Assembly (NCBI GenBank): GCA_965206595.1
Contig: OZ242214.1
Span: 6,720,001 to 6,784,000, forward strand
Reading direction: 5' to 3'
DNA length: 64,000 nucleotides
Origin: Candidatus Latescibacterota bacterium
GTDB lineage: Bacteria; Latescibacterota; UBA2968; UBA8231
Below the pieces are notes generated by a model, which worked only from the letters and a program-made list of their open reading frames with translations, was not told the origin of the DNA and ran no database searches. The position numbers were made by a program, and so were the translations under genes. Positions 49,996 through 61,957 of this stretch are shown here, piece after piece (position 1 is the stretch's first letter; the number at the start of each line of letters is the position of its first letter).

Positions 49996-51579
49996 ATGAC
50001 CGACAGCAACAGCGACAGCGACAGCAAGGACCCCAGACGACGCCCGCCACGCATCCGCCTCAACTCCGGCGCCTGGAGCCCCCTGGTCGACATGATCGAC
50101 GTCTTCCCCGGGCACCGCGGCTCCAGCCGCCATGGCGAGATCGAGCTCTACGACGCCCCGCTGGGGATCCGCTTCGAGATCGAGGAGGCGCTCAAGTCCG
50201 AGCCGATCCTGCAGGCGGAGAAGGAGTGGGAGGGCATTCACCTCTCGCCGCTCTACGTCTGGAAGCGGGACGGGCGCCTCCACATGCTCTACGGCAGCGA
50301 GGCGGGCCAGTGTTACGCGGTCAGCGACGATGCCTACAACTGGACGCGGCCCGAGCTCGACGAGGTCGAGTTCAGCGGCTCGACCGCGAACAACCTGATC
50401 TCCAGCCCGTGCGAAGGCACCACTGGGATCTTCGAGGATCCGAGCGCCCCTCCCGAGGAGCGCTTCAAGGCGATGGGGGGCCGCATGTACTGGTGCGACC
50501 CGGAGACCGGGGAGGAGCTCTCCGGAGAGGAACCCTCCCGGCGCATCAAGGCGGAGCAGGAGCAGGCGGATTACGCAGGTCCCAGGGCGGAAATCGCCGG
50601 CGACATGCTCGCCTGGACCTCACCCGACGGCCTGCACTGGACGCCGCTGGCCGAGCCGCTGGCGAGGCGACCCGTCAACGGCGGCATATCGGCGCGTTAC
50701 GACGAGCACCGCGGCAACTACTTCGCTTACATCCAGCTGATGGGGTACCCGGCCGGACTCCTCGACGGCATCGGCGTCAACCGGCTCGAGCAGGGGATGC
50801 AGATCCGCACCATCGGCTTCTCGCGCACCGACGACTTCACCCGCTGGCCCGCTCCCAAGCTGGTCCATCACCCCGACAGCGAGGATCCGCCCGACATCAG
50901 CTTCTACGGGGCAAACTACTTCCCGTACCCGGGCCGCGACGACCTGCACGGCATGCTCATCCCGGTCTACCACCAGATCGCCAGCACCATCGACGGCCAG
51001 ATCGCCTTCAGCCGCGACGGCCTCTACTGGTCCCGCCCCGAGCGCCGGCCGATCCTGCCGCTGGGCGCCGAGGGGGACGGCGACGAATGCATGGCCCACT
51101 TCTGGCGCAGCGGCATCGTCGAGCTGCCCGACGGGTACTGGGCCTGTCCGTACGCGGCCTTCTCGGTCATCCACGACTGCCCTGAAGCGAAGTTGCCCGA
51201 GCTCTTCCCGTCGCGGCAGCCGCAGCAGATCCGCTGGGCGCGCTGGCGCCCGCACCGGTTCTGCGGGATCCGCGCCGAGACCGAAGGCAGCTTCTCCCTG
51301 CCTTCCCTGTTCCGCGTCCACGACGAGCTGCGCCTCAACTACCGCTGCGAACCGGGGGGCTGGATTCAGATCGAACTGCTCGAGAAGCTGCCGTCGCTGA
51401 TGCTCCCCGACGCCGACCCGCTGCCGGGGTTCACCTTCGACGAGTGCGACCGCCTGACGGGCGACTGCGAGGACCGGGTGGTGACTTGGAACGGCCGTTC
51501 CGACATCTCCGCGGCCGGCGAGGCGGTCGGCATCCGGGCGCGCATGCTCGGGGCCAAGCTGTTCGCCTACCGGGTGTGA
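49996..51579 (+). CDS. five-bladed beta-propeller glycoside hydrolase-like protein
   Basis: GGAGG SD; SDD..WTRPEL, FEDPSAPPEERFK, SPDGLHW, FSRDGLYWSR; beta-sandwich-like tail. Confidence 0.75.
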   Translation: MTDSNSDSDSKDPRRRPPRIRLNSGAWSPLVDMIDVFPGHRGSSRHGEIELYDAPLGIRFEIEEALKSEPILQAEKEWEGIHLSPLYVWKRDGRLHMLYGSEAGQCYAVSDDAYNWTRPELDEVEFSGSTANNLISSPCEGTTGIFEDPSAPPEERFKAMGGRMYWCDPETGEELSGEEPSRRIKAEQEQADYAGPRAEIAGDMLAWTSPDGLHWTPLAEPLARRPVNGGISARYDEHRGNYFAYIQLMGYPAGLLDGIGVNRLEQGMQIRTIGFSRTDDFTRWPAPKLVHHPDSEDPPDISFYGANYFPYPGRDDLHGMLIPVYHQIASTIDGQIAFSRDGLYWSRPERRPILPLGAEGDGDECMAHFWRSGIVELPDGYWACPYAAFSVIHDCPEAKLPELFPSRQPQQIRWARWRPHRFCGIRAETEGSFSLPSLFRVHDELRLNYRCEPGGWIQIELLEKLPSLMLPDADPLPGFTFDECDRLTGDCEDRVVTWNGRSDISAAGEAVGIRARMLGAKLFAYRV

Positions 51580-51730
51580 CGGACCAGTTGGCCCGTGTTG
51601 TTGGCTGATGGAACGTAATGGGCACTTCGCCCACGCTCCCTGACTTCAACGAGGCCTTTCGTTCCCCAGGGGGGGCGTATGAGCCTGCGACAAGGGTGGA
51701 TCCCTGGGTGCCGTCGGCGTCGAAATACTC

Positions 51731-56158
<4,428 letters not shown>

Positions 56159-56343
56159 TCTTGCAAGGCAACTCGTTGTGTAGCAATACGAAAAAGGGGG
56201 GATGGCGCGAACCGTATCCAACTCCTGTTGTATAGAGTCCCTTTCGCCACACCGCGGCTCAAATCTCGTTTAACTTCAATCAGTTAAGCGGTGCGCGAAC
56301 CTCCCCGTGTTTACCTGACCGCTTATGGTTCGCACCATCTTTC
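56159..56343 (-). promoter_or_regulatory. CRISPR leader
   Basis: Lower-GC segment between cas2 and the first repeat; GCGAACC...GGTTCGC inverted motif at 56295-56333. Confidence 0.8.
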
Positions 56344-56634
56344 TCAGACGATCAATGTTCCGTTCAGGTCGGCAGTTGGCTTAGCCCCAACGTGCTCTAC
56401 ACGCCTCTTCCAATTTGCACCGAGGAAATAATACCTGAGACTGTCGGTTTCTGGATTGATGATGTCCTCAAGCTGCACCTTCAGGGCGGCCCATTGCGCC
56501 GGCTCCACCTCGATCTCAAACACTGAAAACTGCACTCGTTGTCCAAAATCGCGGCACCTCTTAGCGACACGTCTTAACCGGCGTACGCCGCCATCGGATG
56601 TCGTCGAGACATCGTACGTAACGAGAACCATCAT
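56344..56634 (-). CDS. cas2: CRISPR-associated Cas2
   Basis: VLVTYDV, RRLRRVAK.C, QRVQFSVFE, DSLRYY. Confidence 0.96.
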   Translation of the reverse strand: MMVLVTYDVSTTSDGGVRRLRRVAKRCRDFGQRVQFSVFEIEVEPAQWAALKVQLEDIINPETDSLRYYFLGANWKRRVEHVGAKPTADLNGTLIV

Positions 56635-56689
56635 GGCTGTTTATTTTCCTCACGGGGCGAATATGGTTCTGAAGGGTACGCTAGTAGTC

Positions 56690-57724
56690 CTATTTCCATA
56701 ACCAAGGCGGGTGAGCGTCTAAGTCGCCTCGAAGGTGCCGAGCCAGTAACTGCGCTTGTAGGTACGCGACCAATCCGAGGGGTGCCTGTTCCCCAAGAAA
56801 AGGATGACGACGCTCTACGCGCTTTCGCTCCTGCCAAGCACTGAGAACTGTCTTGCGAGCGCCGTCGCTCATTAAGACGCTGCCGCCTTCTCGGGTTTGG
56901 AAGTCTCTGGTGCGTACTTGCCGACGATTGATTAGCGATAGCGCGAGCCGGTCAGCCAAGACTGGCCGCAGCTCTTCCATAAGATCTAGCGCGAGACTCG
57001 GACGGCCGGGCCGATCTCTATGAAAGAAGCCTACGGCCGGATCCAAGCCCACGCTTTCGGCGGCCGATCTGCAATCGTGGACGAGAAGGGTATAGAGAAA
57101 CGAGAGCAGGGCATTCATCGGGTCACGCGGCGGCCGGCGGTTGCGGCCGGCGAATGCCATCTCTGGGTCGGGTACGCGGATCAGGTGGCCAAAGACGGAG
57201 AAATAGAGCCGTGCGGCCTCGCCTTCAAAACCGCGCAGCCTATCGATACTGTCGTGGCCGTCGCTGATGCGTTGCACAATCTGCCGAAGGCGATTCGTCG
57301 CGGCGGACATGGCTTCGCGGCCAGAAGGCTCAAGCTCGTCGCCGTAATCTCGCTGCGCTCTTTGCAGGACGCTTCTCTGATTGGAGATCTTGCCGACGAG
57401 AATGCTGCGGACGATCTCTTCTGGGTCGTCGCTGGCTCTATATTGGGCGCGACGCAGCAGCACGTTGCCAGAGACCGGTCCCTCGACCCGGGCTTGGAAT
57501 CGGCCGAATCGACTCAAGAGTACAAAGACGATGCCACCGGCGGCACATGCCTGGATCAGGGATGGAGATATATAGATGCTACCAAACACCACTACGGATC
57601 CCAGCATATGGAAGGGCACCCTTATACGTTCTTCATCCTCAATTTTCGCGACCAGATTCTCGCCGTCCTTGGTCAGACGTGCTTCAGGCGTAGTAACGTA
57701 TAGCGTATTAAGCAACCGCCTCAT
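56690..57724 (-). CDS. cas1: CRISPR-associated Cas1 (I-C)
   Basis: LNTLYVT, GNVLLRRAQY, LRGFEG, RNRRPPRDP.NALLSFLY, SLALDLMEE. Confidence 0.97.
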   Translation of the reverse strand: MRRLLNTLYVTTPEARLTKDGENLVAKIEDEERIRVPFHMLGSVVVFGSIYISPSLIQACAAGGIVFVLLSRFGRFQARVEGPVSGNVLLRRAQYRASDDPEEIVRSILVGKISNQRSVLQRAQRDYGDELEPSGREAMSAATNRLRQIVQRISDGHDSIDRLRGFEGEAARLYFSVFGHLIRVPDPEMAFAGRNRRPPRDPMNALLSFLYTLLVHDCRSAAESVGLDPAVGFFHRDRPGRPSLALDLMEELRPVLADRLALSLINRRQVRTRDFQTREGGSVLMSDGARKTVLSAWQERKRVERRHPFLGEQAPLGLVAYLQAQLLARHLRGDLDAHPPWLWK

Positions 57725-58419
57725 GGGTTTTCTCCAGGCTCGGCAAGGTGCGATGCCAGGGTACGCATTCGCCATGCGAGAACCGACCGGTCCATCGCCT
57801 TCGGGCGACACTGTTCGAACAGAGAACACCCACCGCACTTGGCCGCTTCGTATTCGGCTGGGGGTGTGCGGTTTTGCGCAAAGAGTGTCGCTACCTGCAC
57901 GACTGTCGTCTCGGTCAGGGTGCGGAGCTCGGCGTCAAAAGACACTTCCTTCCGCCGTTTGGTTTGGCCGTAGTAAAAGGCCCCCATCGGCACTTCTGTA
58001 CCGGTCATTTCCTCAAGGCACAGTGCTTGGGCGCAGAGTTGCACCTCGTCGGCGCGATGCACTTTGGCCTTGCCGCGTTTGAACTCGACCGGGAACGGGG
58101 TCGGACCTGTCCGGCTTTCGCGGAACTCGACCATATCGGCGACGCCTGTAAGATTGAGCCGAAGGCTGTAGATCGGGAGCGACATTACTTGGCGCACACC
58201 TGCCCTGCGCCGACGCCCTGCTTCGTCAATGACTTGATGCAGTACTCGACCTTCAGCGGTAAACCGATTTTCCTCCCAAAGCCGTTCCAAGTGGATCAGA
58301 GCGCATTGCCTCATACAGTACACCGCATGTTGCAGTGCCGACACGGGTATCGGCTCCATTCCATGGTCCGATCCATCCCCCTCCCTAGGGGGGGACCGCC
58401 CGAACTGCGCTTCACTCAT
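57721..58419 (-). CDS. cas4: CRISPR-associated Cas4; start may be 58425, 58419 or 58359
   Basis: SALQH..YC.RQ, GVADMVE, PVEFKRG, QLCAQALCLE, C..CSL...C. Confidence 0.95.
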   Translation of the reverse strand: MSEAQFGRSPPREGDGSDHGMEPIPVSALQHAVYCMRQCALIHLERLWEENRFTAEGRVLHQVIDEAGRRRRAGVRQVMSLPIYSLRLNLTGVADMVEFRESRTGPTPFPVEFKRGKAKVHRADEVQLCAQALCLEEMTGTEVPMGAFYYGQTKRRKEVSFDAELRTLTETTVVQVATLFAQNRTPPAEYEAAKCGGCSLFEQCRPKAMDRSVLAWRMRTLASHLAEPGENP

Positions 58420-58468
58420 CGTCATCTCCGCTCCGTTTGTTTCATTCCGTGCCCCGCACAGGGGCGTC
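58366..58468 (-). CRISPR. degenerate repeat - 42 nt - degenerate repeat mini-array at the cas7/cas4 junction
   Basis: GACGCCCCTGTGCGGGGCACGGAATGAAAC (58468-58439) and GTCCCCCCCTAGGGAGGGGGATGGATCGGAC (58396-58366) both resemble the array repeat. Confidence 0.65.
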
Positions 58469-59412
58469 TATGTGATCGGCTCGACGACCTCGACATTTGC
58501 CGGCATATCGTCCAAGTCGAGCTCTACGCGATAGTCAGCAAAGCTGCGGGCAGGCGGCAGGGTGCCTTCGCTACCATCCGCTTCTGCACGCTGCACACTC
58601 ACCCGCTCAAAGAGCCTATGCGCGGGCGCGTTGCCCAAGGCACTGGCGTGCTTAAAGGCAATGAGCCGACGAGCAACCATTTCGCCGCGGGCGGCCGAGT
58701 GGTCGTGCTCGAACATCTGCGTCAAGGCATTCCAGAGGACGTCGAGATCGTCCGGCGAAAAGCCGGTGCGTTCGGCGAGCTTGGCGGAGACAAAGCCGTG
58801 CGCCCGATACAGCCCGTAGGGCACAATATGTTTGCGACCCATGGTGCGGTGCTCGGTCCGCTCGTCGCCCGCGTTTTCATCGCTGGCATCCTCGCGCTCC
58901 TGCTTTTCGTTTTCGTTGGTCGCTGCCATGCGCGTAATGGACACTTCGAGTGGCACGATCTGATCGATGGACCGCGCAAAGGTCATCTGTACCGGCCCGC
59001 GGACCTGGCCGCAGTTGATGCCGGTACTCATTACCGCACCGAAGGTGCGCACATCAAAGAAATTGTCGCACATGAAGCCGCGCAGTTTATCCATCTCCTC
59101 GTCGCTTTGAGGGCTTAGTTTCTTGCTGCTCTCGACCTTCTTGTCGTTGGGGCGCACAACCCGATACGCCTTCCGGTGTTGCTCGTTGAGCAGAGCACCT
59201 TCCTGGACGTAGATCGCGTAGCCGGACTCGTCGCCCTTAGCCAGTTCGACGAAATTGCGCACCTTGCGCTTGAGGCAGACATCCGTGACCAATCCTTGGT
59301 TCGTTTCCGGGTCGAGGCGCGGGAGGTTTCCTGCATCCGGGTCGCCGTTGGGGTTGCCGTTGTTGACGTCGAACAGATAGACGAAGTCGTAGCGATGGTT
59401 GAGTGCGGTCAT
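58468..59412 (-). CDS. cas7: Cas7/Csd2 (I-C)
   Basis: NGNPNGDPDAGNLPR, TDVCLKRKVRN, FFDVRTFGAV, GQVRGPVQ, YGLYRAHG, HDHSAARG. Confidence 0.97.
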   Translation of the reverse strand: MTALNHRYDFVYLFDVNNGNPNGDPDAGNLPRLDPETNQGLVTDVCLKRKVRNFVELAKGDESGYAIYVQEGALLNEQHRKAYRVVRPNDKKVESSKKLSPQSDEEMDKLRGFMCDNFFDVRTFGAVMSTGINCGQVRGPVQMTFARSIDQIVPLEVSITRMAATNENEKQEREDASDENAGDERTEHRTMGRKHIVPYGLYRAHGFVSAKLAERTGFSPDDLDVLWNALTQMFEHDHSAARGEMVARRLIAFKHASALGNAPAHRLFERVSVQRAEADGSEGTLPPARSFADYRVELDLDDMPANVEVVEPIT

Positions 59413-59819
59413 TCTTCGTTCTCCTTTTCTTCTTTGCCCTCCTCACTGGGGGCGGACTTGGTGTAGAAATCGTTTTTCTGGTGGTAGTAGCCGATGGCGA
59501 AGAGGGCCTGACGCTCCATCGTCAGCGTCGCCACGAACAGCTCATCGGGCGTGGCGCACCCATAGATCTGGGCGATTGCGTTGTCGATATAGCGATGAGT
59601 TGCAGGCCGGTCTTTCCGCAGACGCGACAGGTGGTTCATGGCGTTGCGTTGCAGGAGGGGAAATACAGACCGCGGCGTCGCCGAAGCCGCCCCGTAGTAC
59701 TTATCGCATATCGTGGCGTTGACCTTGCCACCGAGGGCCTGCGTTTGCGCGTACTCAAAGCAGGCAAATAGCCGGCCCAGCAAATAGCCGGGGTCGGCGT
59801 TTGTGGGATCGAGGGACAC
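59409..59819 (-). CDS. cas11: Cas11c small subunit from an internal in-frame start in cas8c
   Basis: AAGGAG SD before in-frame GTG (VSLDPTN..GYLLGRLFA); 136 aa. Confidence 0.75.
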   Translation of the reverse strand: MSLDPTNADPGYLLGRLFACFEYAQTQALGGKVNATICDKYYGAASATPRSVFPLLQRNAMNHLSRLRKDRPATHRYIDNAIAQIYGCATPDELFVATLTMERQALFAIGYYHQKNDFYTKSAPSEEGKEEKENEE

Positions 59820-61232
59820 GATAAAATTCTCCTTTGTTAAATGGTCATCCTTGCGCCTATTTCGGCAGACCACGGCTTTGAGTAAGGCTACGCGCAGGTC
59901 CGTTATGGCCTTATCCGACCGCAGTCGCATGAGAATCGTGGATAACAACGTCTGCGGATAACGGCGACCTGTCAGGATGGCGCGTAGCATATCCCCAGCG
60001 AGTTGGGGAGGGATATGTTCGTATCGGTTTTTTACCTTCGTCGTGGCGGTCTCAAGTAGGCAGCGCCGAACGCTTGGCTGCTCTTGGCGCGGCCGCGGGT
60101 CGAGGCGCATATCCCGATAGTGCCAGAGGATATGCTCGGCAAACGTCGCAAAGTCGTCCTCCAGCCAGAAGCGAATCGAAATACGCGCTGCATTGGGGGC
60201 CAATCCCAGCACGTGGAAGCGCACACCTTGGGGCAAATCCGGGCGGATTTCCTCCATGGGACGGCCCCTTGCCATTTTTTCGAGAATGGGCTTGATGGCC
60301 TGCTCGCTTGTCGCGTCGTCTGTGTCATTGGTGTCATTGAAGGCGAAGGAAAATATTGCCTCGCTTTGCGCCACTGCTTCTGCCTCCGAGCCATCGGCCC
60401 AGAATACAGTCGAGGCGTCACCGAGCTGCACTTTGTTCTCGTTGGTACGGAGAAGGTGGTTGAGCACAGTCGTATAGGCGGCGGCAGCGTCCTCGCTTAC
60501 GGGTGCATTATCGCCCTGTTTGTGCCCATAAGACTCAAAGGCGTCGAGATTGAAAGAGACGATGGATGCGCCGGAAGACTGTGCGCCACGCACCCCCTTG
60601 ATCGCGGGATGCAGCCGGGCGATAGGGGATCTCTCTCCGGTCACCAAGCAAACGGCTTTGCCCGGTTCGTGATCCTGATTCATCTGCAAGGCCCAGAGTT
60701 GACGTGCGGCCTCGCGGTCGTGTATGAAGTTGTGCTCTCCCTCCAGCCGGAACACCACATTGGCCCCCTTCATTTCGTCTGGCCAGCCACGCGCGTCGAA
60801 GTACTCTGGCTTCCACCATTGCAAGAAACGATAATAAGCCACAAGTCCTGCGTCGCTTTCGTTTTGCAGAGCAAAGTGCCTGTTCTGAAAAGCCTCGTAC
60901 TGATTCTCTACCCGCTCGGCACGCCGCTCTCTGGTGTCTGGGGTCTCGCCTTCCAAGTCTTCCATTGCACCAAGCGAATACGATGCCTTGTCCCAAAGGA
61001 AGTTCGGCACAATTTTGACCGTCCGCTTCTCTGGTCGCGGAACTGAGTGTCGCGGGGCTACGGGTTTCTTCCCTGAGTGGTCTCGTAGGTCCACAGGCGG
61101 ACCATCGGACTGGCCATCGGCCTTCAGGACGACGCAATAGTCGATCCGCTCATTGGAATAGCCAATCGGCGGCACTTTGTTCTCTGTTGCGAGCCGGTGA
61201 TAGGCCCGCTCAAGAGAAGCCAGAATGCTCAT
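59409..61232 (-). CDS. cas8c: Cas8c/Csd1
   Basis: PNFLWDK, CLVTGE, HPAIKGV, IVSFN..AFESYG, LGLAPNAARISIR, GYLLGRLFA. Confidence 0.96.
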   Translation of the reverse strand: MSILASLERAYHRLATENKVPPIGYSNERIDYCVVLKADGQSDGPPVDLRDHSGKKPVAPRHSVPRPEKRTVKIVPNFLWDKASYSLGAMEDLEGETPDTRERRAERVENQYEAFQNRHFALQNESDAGLVAYYRFLQWWKPEYFDARGWPDEMKGANVVFRLEGEHNFIHDREAARQLWALQMNQDHEPGKAVCLVTGERSPIARLHPAIKGVRGAQSSGASIVSFNLDAFESYGHKQGDNAPVSEDAAAAYTTVLNHLLRTNENKVQLGDASTVFWADGSEAEAVAQSEAIFSFAFNDTNDTDDATSEQAIKPILEKMARGRPMEEIRPDLPQGVRFHVLGLAPNAARISIRFWLEDDFATFAEHILWHYRDMRLDPRPRQEQPSVRRCLLETATTKVKNRYEHIPPQLAGDMLRAILTGRRYPQTLLSTILMRLRSDKAITDLRVALLKAVVCRNRRKDDHLTKENFIVSLDPTNADPGYLLGRLFACFEYAQTQALGGKVNATICDKYYGAASATPRSVFPLLQRNAMNHLSRLRKDRPATHRYIDNAIAQIYGCATPDELFVATLTMERQALFAIGYYHQKNDFYTKSAPSEEGKEEKENEE

Positions 61233-61891
61233 CGCAGTACCTCCGGCGAATTGGGTGAAGGAATTTCGACAACCCCCTGTTTCATTTCGGCGCGAAAGAA
61301 AAGCGGCTGTCGCTCGTTTTCGTGGTCAATATCGTAGAGCATCCAGCCCAAGTCACGGCTTTCATCAATCGCTGGCGGTAGGTCGTCTTCGTGCTCAATG
61401 AGTGTGTAGTCTGCAGCAAATTCTCGCGTTCCAAGACAGGGCTGGTGAAAGCACTGCCCGTTCCTAGCGCGGCGATTGAAGATGTCGAGGTGTTTGCCCA
61501 CGTTATCGCTTTCGCCCGCTTCGTCCGTCATGTCAAAGTGCGCTTCAATGGCGTACTCAACGTTGACCAAGACGGTTGCGGCGCGTTGCTGGCGATCATC
61601 CTCAACTTTGGTGTAGAGGGTCTCAATGGAGCCCCTGTTTTTCGCCGTGCGGACAGACCCCATGGGAATTTTCTTGCCGACTTCGTTGCGCCGGATCGAC
61701 TGGAACCGAATCGGCTTGAGAACGTGAAGGCGGTCAATGCGCCAGACGATGTCCGGCTTCCAGTGAATGGCCTCCAAGATGCCGCGTGCCGCCGAAGGCG
61801 TCATTACGTCGTAGGATACGCGCTCGACTTTCATTTCCGGCCGAGTGAAACAGGCGTATTCGCCTCCCACGCGCAGACGTATTCCGAACAT
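61229..61891 (-). CDS. cas5: Cas5d (I-C crRNA processing endoribonuclease)
   Basis: ACFTRPEMKVERVSY.V.TPSAARGILEAIHWKP, IRRNEV, PCLGTREF. Confidence 0.97.
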   Translation of the reverse strand: MFGIRLRVGGEYACFTRPEMKVERVSYDVMTPSAARGILEAIHWKPDIVWRIDRLHVLKPIRFQSIRRNEVGKKIPMGSVRTAKNRGSIETLYTKVEDDRQQRAATVLVNVEYAIEAHFDMTDEAGESDNVGKHLDIFNRRARNGQCFHQPCLGTREFAADYTLIEHEDDLPPAIDESRDLGWMLYDIDHENERQPLFFRAEMKQGVVEIPSPNSPEVLR

Positions 61892-61921
61892 GGACGAACT
61901 CCTTTTCTGTGGTATTGTGGT

Positions 61922-61949
61922 ATTTCAATACCCTCCGCACGGGGGGCAC
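61922..61949 (-). repeat. solitary degenerate CRISPR repeat between cas3 and cas5
   Basis: GTGCCCCCCGTGCGGAGGGTATTGAAAT versus the array repeat; hairpin and TTGAAA tail retained. Confidence 0.75.
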
Positions 61950-61957
61950 CCCTACCA

